From: Pseudomonadales bacterium
Lineage (GTDB): Bacteria; Pseudomonadota; Gammaproteobacteria; Pseudomonadales; UBA3067
Assembly (NCBI GenBank): GCA_016763235.1
Contig: JAESUE010000379.1
Location: 1 to 36,604, forward strand
DNA: 36,604 nt
Direction of reading: 5' to 3'
Positions 19,087 through 27,712 of this stretch are shown one piece after another. A program made the translations under genes and the position numbers. Under the pieces are notes generated by a model that did no database searches, had not been told where the DNA came from, and saw only the letters and a list, made by a program, of their open reading frames with translations. Each line of letters begins with the position of its first letter. The stretch's first letter is position 1.

Positions 19087-19947
19087 TTAAGCCCTGTTGG
19101 CGGTATCACTATCGATGAGCCGTTGGCAGCAGGTGCATAGAAGCTCGTCGAATTCGGGAATATGGAGTAGGGAGCGGTGTTGCCCCGGAATTTTAGGGTT
19201 GTCCATTTTGGCATTATAAGCTTTTTTCAAAATTCGCTTGCCTGACATAGATAGCGTATCAATCTTAAAAAATAACGTTTCTATATCTATTGTTATTCTT
19301 TGAGACATTTCCTTGAAGCGTTTTGCCTTTAGGTCAATTCGCAGTGGTGGGGAAGTTTTCCACCATCCGAACATGCGGTCAGTATTATCGAAGAGGTGGC
19401 GGTGCCCACAGTGAGCTATCAGTTTTTCATGCATTTTCTCACGCAGATAAAATGGCGCGAGAAGTCGGCCAAGTAAGTTAACATTGTCCGGTAAATAGGC
19501 CCCAATAAGCAGTGCTCCAGCGGCGCGTAAATCATCGGTTTGCTTTGACGCTTCGTTAATGGCTGCTGATAGCATGCATGTGCTGGCGCTCATTCCTACG
19601 AAAACTGGCCGTTGATTGCTTTCAGTGAGCAGCCTGCAGAGGTCGGTAATAATTGGGTCTACATCTATATACCCACTTTCGCCTTGCGAAAAGAAGTGCA
19701 GCTCGTAAACGGCACTTACGCCGGCAGTGTTCAGCAGTTTTGTGATTGCATTTGCACTGTAGCTTCCCTTTATCGGGTCAAACCCACCGGGAATTAATAT
19801 TACCGGCCTTTTGTCAGGTGCTGTTTTGTCTGTAAGAGTGCTTTCAATGAGGTAACACCCTGTAAGCGGAATACCTTCCCATTGGTCGATGAATTGGTGA
19901 TTGATGCCAGGTATGTCGCGTTGATGTAGGAATTGATTGTTTTGCAT
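19087..19947 (-). CDS. Putative alpha/beta-fold hydrolase (hypothetical)
   Basis: VILIPGGFDP strand followed by the nucleophile-elbow-like VFVGMSAS; later Asp and His candidates. Assignment is by pattern only. Confidence 0.5.
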   Translation of the reverse strand: MQNNQFLHQRDIPGINHQFIDQWEGIPLTGCYLIESTLTDKTAPDKRPVILIPGGFDPIKGSYSANAITKLLNTAGVSAVYELHFFSQGESGYIDVDPIITDLCRLLTESNQRPVFVGMSASTCMLSAAINEASKQTDDLRAAGALLIGAYLPDNVNLLGRLLAPFYLREKMHEKLIAHCGHRHLFDNTDRMFGWWKTSPPLRIDLKAKRFKEMSQRITIDIETLFFKIDTLSMSGKRILKKAYNAKMDNPKIPGQHRSLLHIPEFDELLCTCCQRLIDSDTANRA

Positions 19948-20075
19948 ATTGCTCGTCGAATTAAGGTTTAGAATATTCGGGAGCCTACAACAAAACGTGA
20001 ACGATATGGGATTTATTTGTTTGGTAAATAGGCCGTAAAATGATGGGTATGGGTTTTCGCATATTGCTAATTTAA

Positions 20076-20110
20076 CGAGAGAATTTTTCTAGAGAACGGG
20101 TATTCTCTCG
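20076..20110 (-). terminator. Hairpin downstream of the patatin-like gene (weak terminator candidate)
   Basis: 9-bp stem CGAGAGAAT (20076-20084) / ATTCTCTCG (20102-20110) with a 17-nt loop. Only a modest T-rich tail on the minus strand. Confidence 0.35.
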
Positions 20111-20130
20111 CTCAGCCTAGCTTAAAGGCA

Positions 20131-21081
20131 CTATATATTAATCAGGTACGTAATCTCAGGTAAAAGCCTTTCCACGCATTTTTCCCCTTCTCTAATAGCC
20201 TCTTTGCCTCGGCCAAACTCTAGCAGGCCTATTTCTGATAGGCGGGGGCTTAGCATTACATCGGGCGGGTCGCCTGCCATTCGGCTTCGGGTGATATAGT
20301 CTTGGGTAATATTTATTGATGCGGCCATGGTTTCTACTAGGCTGGGGGGCGCGTGATTGTCTTCATAGTCGGGTGTAAAAAGAGAGAGTGATGTTTTTTT
20401 GATGATCGAAGTAAGGGACTCGATGAAATCGGTGTCTTTGTTTGGTGGGTTGTCAGTGCTGTTTTCTGTCGAGAGATTTTGTAGTTGGTTACGGTGGCCG
20501 ACCAAATCACCATTAAGGTTTACGGCGATAACGATATCTGCCCCCAGTGCGCGACAAAGCGAAACAGGAACGGGGTTTACCAGGCCTCCATCCACAAGCC
20601 ATTTACCTTGATAGCTCACTGGGGAGAATAAACCAGGTAGAGCAAATGAGGACCAAATAGCATCTTTAACGTTTCCCTTTTCAAACCATATTTCACGACC
20701 GGTTTTTAGTTCGGTGGCAACCGTGGCAAAGGGTTTTGCAAGGTCTTCAATCAAGAGGTCTGAGGAGCAAACGTAATTTTCAAAAAAATTATTGAGTTGT
20801 TTGCTATCAATAAAGCCTCTTGTGTTTAGGCTTAACTCGAAAAAACGCAGCAAATTCCAAGTATCTAGTTTTTTAACGCCGGCTTCCAGGTGGTGGAGGT
20901 AATTGTTGGCGTAAGCAGCAGCGACGATGGCGCCGATTGAGCAACCGCATACAATGTCGCACTCAATGCCGGCTTTTTCGAGAGCACGGATTACGCCAAT
21001 GTGTGCCCAGCCCCTTGCTGACCCGCTGCCTAATGCAAGGCCTATTTTTGTTTTTTCATTGGGCTTGGATACGCTATTCAT
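20131..21081 (-). CDS. Patatin-like phospholipase (RssA-like)
   Basis: GLALGSGSARG oxyanion motif, GCSIG (GxSxG) nucleophile and VDGG catalytic Asp motif. Confidence 0.88.
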   Translation of the reverse strand: MNSVSKPNEKTKIGLALGSGSARGWAHIGVIRALEKAGIECDIVCGCSIGAIVAAAYANNYLHHLEAGVKKLDTWNLLRFFELSLNTRGFIDSKQLNNFFENYVCSSDLLIEDLAKPFATVATELKTGREIWFEKGNVKDAIWSSFALPGLFSPVSYQGKWLVDGGLVNPVPVSLCRALGADIVIAVNLNGDLVGHRNQLQNLSTENSTDNPPNKDTDFIESLTSIIKKTSLSLFTPDYEDNHAPPSLVETMAASINITQDYITRSRMAGDPPDVMLSPRLSEIGLLEFGRGKEAIREGEKCVERLLPEITYLINI

Positions 21082-21100
21082 AATAATTGAACGAAGGGGC

Positions 21101-21841
21101 TTAGGGTGTTCGAGCTTTGTTGGATATAGTGCGCAGCCCTTCTTTATCTAACACCTCTACTTCTTTTCCCTCAGTTTTAATGAGTGATTTCTGTTGAAAG
21201 CGGGTGAAGGTGCGGCTTACGGTTTCTACTGCTAACCCTAGATAGTTGCCGATGTCACTTCGGGACATGTTTAAGCGATACCGTTCCCCTGAAAGGCCTC
21301 GGTTTTCGTGGCGAGAGCCAAGATTAAGTAGAAAAGAGGCAATGCGCTCGTCTGCAGGTTTTTTGCTGAGCAGCATGATAAGTTGTTGGTCTGCTTGAAT
21401 CTCTCTGCTCATCAACTGGAAAAAGTGGCGTTGTAACGAGGGGATTTTGGCGGAAAGCTCTTCTAATCGTTCGAAGGGGATTTCACAAACCGCTGATGCC
21501 TCTAGTGCTTTTGCAGAATTACTATGATGGTTTGTATTAATACCATCCATGCCTAGAATCTCGCCTGCGAGATAAAAGCCGGTAATTTGCTCTTCTCCAT
21601 TCTCTGTAAGAGTGTAGGTTTTTAATGTGCCAGAACGAACTGCATAGACTGAGCGAAACCCTTCACCTGCGTTAAAAATATGTTCGCCTTTTTTTATCGG
21701 GCGGCCTCGTTTTATGATTTCATCTAACTGTATTAACTCATCCTTACTTACTGCAATGGGAAGGCAGATGGGGTTTAAGCTGCAATCAGAGCATGTGACG
21801 GTCATGGTAGAACCATGGGGGCAAGTGGGAGTTTTAGGCAT
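21101..21841 (-). CDS. anr: Oxygen-sensing Crp/Fnr-family regulator (Fnr/Anr)
   Basis: N-terminal CSDCSLNPIC (C-x2-C-x5-C) plus a central Cys (SAVCEIP), a cNMP-like domain and a C-terminal HTH (SRSDIGNYLGLAVETVSR). Adjacent to hemN, as in Pseudomonas. Confidence 0.88.
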   Translation of the reverse strand: MPKTPTCPHGSTMTVTCSDCSLNPICLPIAVSKDELIQLDEIIKRGRPIKKGEHIFNAGEGFRSVYAVRSGTLKTYTLTENGEEQITGFYLAGEILGMDGINTNHHSNSAKALEASAVCEIPFERLEELSAKIPSLQRHFFQLMSREIQADQQLIMLLSKKPADERIASFLLNLGSRHENRGLSGERYRLNMSRSDIGNYLGLAVETVSRTFTRFQQKSLIKTEGKEVEVLDKEGLRTISNKARTP

Positions 21842-22128
21842 GGATTACTCTAGATTACGGAGAAGAAAAGTTAGTAGCTAGCTGGTCTGAGTGTGTGGAG
21901 ACCAACGCTGTTAGCATAATCCATGCGGATTGTGCTAACAAGGTGCATTAGCTCGAAGTGAGGTGTTTGCAGGCATGTTCTGTGCTGCAACTATGGCTGT
22001 ATTGGCCAGTAGGATGTTGAATGCCTCTCAGGAGCAATACGGCCCTATAATATGTATTAAGGGCGGTTGGTTGGTAACGAATCAGATTACACTGAGGTGT
22101 TACTTTGGTTGAATAGGCTCTGTCCCGT

Positions 22129-23535
22129 TTAAATGATTCTAGAATAGGTGTTTTTTTGATTCTGCGAGCCGCTGTTATAAATATCAAATACAAGGCACAA
22201 GCGGCGAACAATAAGCCTACCAAGCTCAGTAAGTGTAATGACTGTTGGAGACAGCTGAAGTAAACCTTGTTTTTGGTATGCGTCTAATTCACACAGCTCG
22301 GCTTCGAAGTAGCTTGTAAAGTTTATCTGGTGGTGTTTTTCCATATTGGGGATATCAATTTGGTTATGGCAGGTGAGTTGGCTAATGACTTCTTGCCTTA
22401 ATAAATCATCGGCGCAGAGGGTGTATCCTCTTTCAATGGGAAGGCGGCCTTCGGTGAGGGCATCTTCATAACGGTTCGCCGATTTGTAATTCTGGCTATA
22501 AGTATTATCGATATGGCTTATTGCCGAAACCCCCATGCCGATAAGGTCTGCCTCGCGTGCGGTAGAGTAACCTTGGAAGTTGCGCTGTAGTTGGCCTTGC
22601 TGCTGGGCGATGGCTAAGCTGTCTTCGCGCTTTGCGAAGTGATCCATGCCTATATATACATAACCTACTCTCATAAGAGTGTTGGCACTATCACAAAGTA
22701 TCTCGAGCTTTTCGTCGGCTGTGGGCAGCGTTTCATCTTTAATTTGGCGTTGGGTTTTAAAGCGATGGGGTAAATGGGCGTAATTAAATAATGAAATTCT
22801 ATCAGGCTGAAGTTCTATAACAGTCTCAATCGTTTCTCGATAACTTTGAGGTGTTTGGTAGGGTAGTCCGTATATCAGATCCATATTGATGGATTGGAAA
22901 CCTAGGTCGCGGCTTGCGTGCACAACTTTTTCTACCAGTGGTAAAGGTTGTACGCGATTAACTGCTTTTTGTACTTTTTCGTCAAAGTCCTGTATTCCAA
23001 GGCTGATTCGGTTAAAGCCGAGGCCATGTATAAGGCTAAGGGTGTCAATGTCTGCGCCGCGGGGGTCTATTTCGATAGAGTATTCGGCTTGCTCGCTATC
23101 CAATAGATTGAAATTACGCCCGGTATGGTACATTAGCTCTGTCATTTCAGAGTGACTAAAAAACGTAGGCGTACCGCCGCCCCAGTGAAGCTGTACTACT
23201 GGGCGATTTTCTTTAAATAGCGAGCCTTGAATCTCTATTTCACGAATCAGCTGGTCAAGGTAGTGCCTCACTCTTTTTTTATCTGCAGTCACAATTTTGT
23301 TGCAGGCGCAGTAATAACAAATGGTGTCGCAGAAGGGGATATGGAAATATAGCGAAAGCGGCCGTTTTTTTTGGTTGCTACGTTTTACGGCCATTTCGTA
23401 ATCCTTTATTCCATACTCTTCATGGAACTGAATCGCGGTGGGGTATGATGTATACCGTGGGCCAGCGATGTTATTATTTTGGATAAAATCCCTGTCCCAC
23501 GCTAGACTGGGGGCTACTGTCTTTTTGTATTCCAT
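22129..23535 (-). CDS. hemN: Oxygen-independent coproporphyrinogen III oxidase HemN (radical SAM)
   Basis: HIPFCDTICYYCACN (CxxxCxxC), GGGTPTF, 468 aa. Confidence 0.93.
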   Translation of the reverse strand: MEYKKTVAPSLAWDRDFIQNNNIAGPRYTSYPTAIQFHEEYGIKDYEMAVKRSNQKKRPLSLYFHIPFCDTICYYCACNKIVTADKKRVRHYLDQLIREIEIQGSLFKENRPVVQLHWGGGTPTFFSHSEMTELMYHTGRNFNLLDSEQAEYSIEIDPRGADIDTLSLIHGLGFNRISLGIQDFDEKVQKAVNRVQPLPLVEKVVHASRDLGFQSINMDLIYGLPYQTPQSYRETIETVIELQPDRISLFNYAHLPHRFKTQRQIKDETLPTADEKLEILCDSANTLMRVGYVYIGMDHFAKREDSLAIAQQQGQLQRNFQGYSTAREADLIGMGVSAISHIDNTYSQNYKSANRYEDALTEGRLPIERGYTLCADDLLRQEVISQLTCHNQIDIPNMEKHHQINFTSYFEAELCELDAYQKQGLLQLSPTVITLTELGRLIVRRLCLVFDIYNSGSQNQKNTYSRII

Positions 23536-23624
23536 TGTCGATGGCCATATTTAGGCGGTAGGTTGCTTGTTGCACTGCCTGTGATAATTCGTGGAACTTT
23601 AATATAGGGTCAGACTTGAAACCA

Positions 23625-23638
23625 TGACTCGCGTCAAA
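23625..23638 (-). promoter_or_regulatory. Candidate Fnr/Anr box upstream of hemN
   Basis: The minus strand reads TTGAC-GCGA-GTCAT against the consensus TTGAT-N4-ATCAA. It is centred about 96 bp upstream of the hemN ATG. Confidence 0.4.
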
Positions 23639-23750
23639 CTAATACCTAAGGATGGTTGGCGGGCGATGGTTTATCTCTGATATTCAGAAAAATTAACGGT
23701 TTTTCCTAGGTTTATTCAGCTTGTGTATATCGATGGCCGTGTAAGCTTGG

Positions 23751-25211
23751 GTGTTATGGGGTGCTGATGGCTTGTCAATTCGCACGGGAAATTTCAGCTT
23801 GTTTGGTTCGGGTTCTATGAGTCGCTTTGATTATTTTTCTATTTCTGCATCGCGTTTTTTCGACTTTTTTGTCACTGTCTTTGCCGCTTATTTTGCATTT
23901 TTGATTCGCTTTCAGAGTCTTGATGTAGAAACTCCTTATCAGGCGGTAATTTTTATTGGTGCATTACTGGTATTTGTCGCTTGTTCTTCTACCGGGGTAT
24001 ATGTTTCGTGGCGTGGGCGTAATCGTGCGTTTTTGTTTGGCCAGTTAACCTTTAGTTGGTTTCTAGCGTTCTCCGTTTTATTTGCCTTGTTGGTGTTTTC
24101 GAAACAAAGTACCTATTTTTCTAGGACTTGGATTGGCCTTTGGATGTTGATTGGTCTTATGGGCTCCCTTGGTTTTCGTCTTTTGGTGTATGCGGTGCTT
24201 GGCCTAGTACGCTCAAAGGGGTGGAACCAGAAACAAGTCTTGATTCTGGGGAATGGGCCGACAGCTGAGTTGGTCGTGAAGCGCTTACAGCGAAGTGATT
24301 GGCTCGGCTACGATGTAATCGGTATCGTACCGATTACCAAGCGCTGCTCGCCGAACGGTTTTGAAGGGATACCGTGCATCGAGGATATCCCCGACCTAGA
24401 AAGTTACATCCGAGAAAAAGGGGTGAAGGAGGCGTGGATTTGTTTGCCTCTATCCGCAGGGCAGCGCATTCATGATCTTCTTTATGAGTTGCGCCATAGC
24501 ACGGTAGACATTCGATATGCGCCAGATATGTCTGATTTGTGACTGTTGAACCATAAGGTTTCAGAGGTAGCTGGAGTCTATACCCTTGATTTAAATTGTG
24601 GGGGGATGGACGAGGTAAATCTTTTTGTTAAAAAGATGGAAGATCTTATTTTATCTGTGGTTATTTTGTTGGCCATATCTCCGTTGTTGCTAATGATCAG
24701 TGCCGGTGTGAAGCTCACATCCCGAGGCCCCGTTTTGTTTAAGCAGCAGCGCAATGGGATTGATGGTAAAAAAATCAAAGTTTACAAGTTTCGAACCATG
24801 TACGTGGGTACTGATGAAAGCGTTGGTTTTGTAGAGCAAGCAAAGAAAAATGATTCTAGAATCACGCCCTTCGGAGCACTTCTGCGCCGAACAAGTCTTG
24901 ATGAGTTACCTCAGTTTTATAATGTTCTACAGGGTCGTATGTCTGTAGTAGGGCCGAGGCCTCATGCGTTATCCCATAATGAGCATTATAAGGAAGTAAT
25001 CGCTTCTTATATGCAAAGGCATAAGGTAAAGCCAGGTATTACAGGGTGGGCGCAGGTTCATGGTTTGCGCGGTGAAACGGATACCGTGGACAAGATGCAG
25101 CGCCGTGTTGAATACGACCTGTTCTATATCGAAAACTGGTCAATTTGGTTAGATATAAAAATCGTATTTTTGACCATGTTTAAGGGCTTCAATAACGATA
25201 ATGCGTATTAG
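23751..25211 (+). pseudogene. WbaP/WcaJ-type polyprenyl-phosphate hexose-1-phosphate transferase (large PGT) interrupted by an in-frame TGA at 24540-24542
   Basis: ORFs 23751-24542 (TM helices plus a Rossmann-like VLILGNGPTA domain) and 24546-25211 (bacterial sugar transferase domain: KLTSRGPVLFKQQRNG, YKFRTM, DELPQ, VGPRP) are in the same frame. They are separated only by TGA-CTG. The likely true start is the ATG at 23817. Confidence 0.8.
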
Positions 25212-25220
25212 TGTTTTCTA

Positions 25221-25358
25221 GTCTGGCAGCGCACTCTGTAGCTGTTCAACTTTGAGCACAACGAGGCGGAAAATGTGGATTTATACGCATAAATGATCGT
25301 TTTTTAACACCGTTACGCACGAGTTTTAGCGTGAGTTGAGGTGGGCTGAAATAGTTGC
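25221..25358 (+). repeat. MITE-like palindromic repeat, copy C (left terminus degraded, 9-nt insertion near the right terminus)
   Basis: Collinear with copy F from GCTGTTCAACTTTGAGCACAAC to GCTGAAATAGTTGC. Confidence 0.7.
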
Positions 25359-25488
25359 GATTATTTATGCCTGCACCGTGCGGGTGTTTAACATATACCC
25401 TGGGTTACTGCAGGCTTACGAATAGATAAATAAAATGAAGGCGTTCTGGCTGGGGGAGCTGCAGGTTTATGTGCGCTGTAATTTACAC

Positions 25489-25529
25489 AAAAAAAACCAC
25501 TTTAAGAAGTCTCTTAAAGTGGTTTTTTT
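25489..25529. terminator. Bidirectional rho-independent terminator (serves tRNA-Asn on the minus strand)
   Basis: A8 run, stem CCACTTTAAG (25497-25506), loop AAGTCT, stem CTTAAAGTGG (25513-25522), T7 run. Confidence 0.85.
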
Positions 25530-25532
25530 ATT

Positions 25533-25608
25533 TGGCTCCTCGACCTGGGCTCGAACCAGGGACCTAATGATTAACAGTCATTTGCTCTACCAACTGAGCT
25601 ATCGAGGA
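25533..25608 (-). tRNA. tRNA-Asn (anticodon GTT), 76 nt with encoded CCA
   Basis: Hand-folded cloverleaf: acceptor TCCTCGA/TCGAGGA, D stem GCTC/GAGC, anticodon stem AATGA/TCATT with loop CTGTTAA, T stem CCTGG/CCAGG with loop TTCGAGC, then GCCA. Confidence 0.95.
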
Positions 25609-25989
25609 ATAAACTCATCAATGATGTTGTTTGTGCGGCGTATATTAGTGTTGAGATTTGCTTCCGTCAAGTGTTTTTCAAAAAGAAGTAAATCTATGTA
25701 TTTGAGGAGCGGCTAATTTATTTTGTCAAGAGGTATTTGCGCTATTGTAATAAGCAAGTGCTTGTAATTGAAGGCGGAAAGCACGTCTTGTTATTGTTTC
25801 GTCACATAGGTGCAAGTGGTAATTTCCCTATTGATCGTATTTTCCTAATATGTTTTCGCTGGGTGGCAGCTAATTTGGTGTCGTTTTTTATTTTAAGAGA
25901 TATTCAGTTATAGTTGCCTGCCAAAATCGGCGCTCCTTGGTACTATTTTCTGTGGGAGCAACTGGAATGACGTTTAAGGAGAATCAGAG

Positions 25990-26499
25990 TTGAGTGATAA
26001 AAAACCTTCTGCCCCTGCTTTTGACCCAGAACAAATGAAAGCAATGCATAAAATGTTTATGGGAAACCACCCTGGGTTTTTGGAGTATCAGTTCGAGGTG
26101 GTTGATATCTTGGAAGGTAAGGCATCAATGCGCTTGCCCTACAATGAGAAGTTTGTGGGCGACAAGGTCACTGGTTCTATTCATGGTGGAATTATCACCC
26201 TGTTAATGGATACGGCTGGGGGGCTATGCTCGATGGCATCCATCGGTAAGATGACAGCCTTAGCCACCTTGGACTTAAGGATGGATTATTTGCGTCCAAC
26301 GACTAGAGGCTTGAGCATACTGGCGGAAATGGAGTGTTATCACTTAACTAGCTCAGCTGCCTTTGTGCGTGGTATGGCCTACGAAGAGGGCGAAGAAAAC
26401 GTTGCGGTAGCGCATATGGCGGCCACATTTATGCTCAATACGAAAGGCCCCGATTTAATGAGTAAACCACGTTTTTCTGATGTGAATGGAGGTAAATAA
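25990..26499 (+). CDS. PaaI-family hotdog-fold thioesterase (TTG start; start uncertain)
   Basis: GSIHGGIITLLMDTAGG motif typical of PaaI/YigI-type thioesterases. Confidence 0.7.
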   Translation: MSDKKPSAPAFDPEQMKAMHKMFMGNHPGFLEYQFEVVDILEGKASMRLPYNEKFVGDKVTGSIHGGIITLLMDTAGGLCSMASIGKMTALATLDLRMDYLRPTTRGLSILAEMECYHLTSSAAFVRGMAYEEGEENVAVAHMAATFMLNTKGPDLMSKPRFSDVNGGK

Positions 26500-26501
26500 G
26501 C

Positions 26502-26942
26502 ATGGCTAAATATTTTGACTTTCTTCTAGATGATAAAAATACCGCTGATATTGTGAGTTCTATTCCTTTTGCCAAATACCTGGATATAAAAATTCAGCAG
26601 AATATTAACGGTGAAATTATTTTTCGTTTGCCCTTTGCAGAGAAAAATATCGGCAATCCTATTATTCGCGCCCTCCATGGTGGGATTATGGCTAGCTTTA
26701 TGGAATGTTCCGCCACGCTGATGATCATTGGAACAGTGGCTCACGATTATCTTCCCAAGTGCGTCAATCAAACCACTGAGTACCTTAGTCGTTCAAAAGA
26801 TGTTGATAGCTTTGCAAAAGTGAAGATGAATCGCGTAGGGCGACGAGTGATCCACTCGACGACGACCTGTTGGCAAGAGGAAGGTAAGCCCGTGGTAATA
26901 TCTCATGCGAGATTTTTAGTAGGGTCTGCAGCTGAGGCATGA
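26502..26942 (+). CDS. PaaI-family hotdog-fold thioesterase, second paralogue
   Basis: ALHGGIMASFMECSA motif. It starts 2 nt after the upstream paralogue. Confidence 0.7.
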   Translation: MAKYFDFLLDDKNTADIVSSIPFAKYLDIKIQQNINGEIIFRLPFAEKNIGNPIIRALHGGIMASFMECSATLMIIGTVAHDYLPKCVNQTTEYLSRSKDVDSFAKVKMNRVGRRVIHSTTTCWQEEGKPVVISHARFLVGSAAEA

Positions 26943-26957
26943 TGAGTGCTTGAAGTG

Positions 26958-27245
26958 TTACACAGCAGGTTGTAGCAAGGTATAGCTTTCATCCCTCTCC
27001 AGTACATGCCTGATCTGAGCGGAGAGATACTTTCTCTGTTCCGAATGCAGCCATTTGTTCCAGAATACTTCTGATTTCCATGTCGAAATGACGTAATAAT
27101 ACGTGGAATTATGGCAGTCTTTAAGGGCCTCCCCAGTCACGAATCCGGGCACTTTGCCTGCTTCTAGCAGCGTGTCCTTACTGAGTTTGCGGTAGAGGTC
27201 GTCTAATTCTGGTATAACGCGTCTTTCAATTAATACTTTAATCAT
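26958..27245 (-). CDS. Antibiotic-biosynthesis-monooxygenase (ABM) domain-like small protein
   Basis: 95 aa. The ferredoxin-like pattern IKVLIERRV...GFVTGEAL...YYVISTWKSEVFWNKW resembles the ABM/Dabb fold. Confidence 0.55.
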   Translation of the reverse strand: MIKVLIERRVIPELDDLYRKLSKDTLLEAGKVPGFVTGEALKDCHNSTYYYVISTWKSEVFWNKWLHSEQRKYLSAQIRHVLERDESYTLLQPAV

Positions 27246-27433
27246 GGTGATTGATACGGGATCCTGTTTATTAAAGAATACGTAGAAAAAGGGCTTGTTG
27301 CATTCTACGGGAAGCTTTGAGGGGCGGCGGGTGCCAAGAACTCATTTTATTATATATCGTATAATGTCTTTGTTGATAGAAAATGCAGTGTTAAGAAAGA
27401 TTCGAGCATAATGAAGAATCTATTAGAGGTTAC

Positions 27434-27685
27434 ATGCCCACATCCATGCCTATTCCTGATCATACCCTTGATACACTCGGGTTGTATTGCCCTGAGCCGG
27501 TGATGATGCTGCATAGCAAAATTCGCGATATGGCCGAAAATGAAGTGTTGTTGATTTTAGCGACGGATCCGTCAACGGAGCGGGATATCCCCAAGTTTTG
27601 TAAGTTTCTGGGGCATGATTTGCTCGCCCATGAGAAAAAAGACGAGCAGTATCACTATTACATCAGGAAGATTGAAAAGGCTTAA
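27434..27685 (+). CDS. tusA: Sulfurtransferase TusA
   Basis: LDTLGLYCPEPVMM (CPxP active site), 83 aa. Confidence 0.88.
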   Translation: MPTSMPIPDHTLDTLGLYCPEPVMMLHSKIRDMAENEVLLILATDPSTERDIPKFCKFLGHDLLAHEKKDEQYHYYIRKIEKA

Positions 27686-27712
27686 GGGCAGCTCTAAACG
27701 ATAAGCTGGGTT

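Noticed and set aside
21910-21939. Imperfect 13-bp inverted repeat GTTAGCATAATCC-ATGC-GGATTGTGCTAAC downstream of hemN and upstream of anr.
   Set aside because: It is a real hairpin, but it has no T-tract to call it a terminator and no match to a known operator. I could not attach a function, so it is not listed as a feature.
21948-22223. 91-aa minus-strand ORF between hemN and anr.
   Set aside because: It overlaps the hemN 3' end in another frame, has no RBS or motif, and the region is better explained as the hemN-anr intergenic spacer.
24540-24542. The in-frame TGA in the glycosyl-phosphate transferase as a selenocysteine codon.
   Set aside because: PGTs are not known selenoproteins and the position is in a linker, not a catalytic site. 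The adjacent hairpin is short, with an AUAA loop, and does not resemble the longer bacterial SECIS element. A nonsense mutation is the simpler reading.
25533-25608. tRNA-Asn as the attachment site of a genomic island or prophage.
   Set aside because: There is no integrase, no direct repeat of the tRNA 3' end, and no phage-like genes on either side. The neighbouring genes are metabolic or housekeeping.
25435-25716. 93-aa + strand ORF.
   Set aside because: It runs straight across the minus-strand tRNA-Asn and its terminator, and the tRNA fold is unambiguous.
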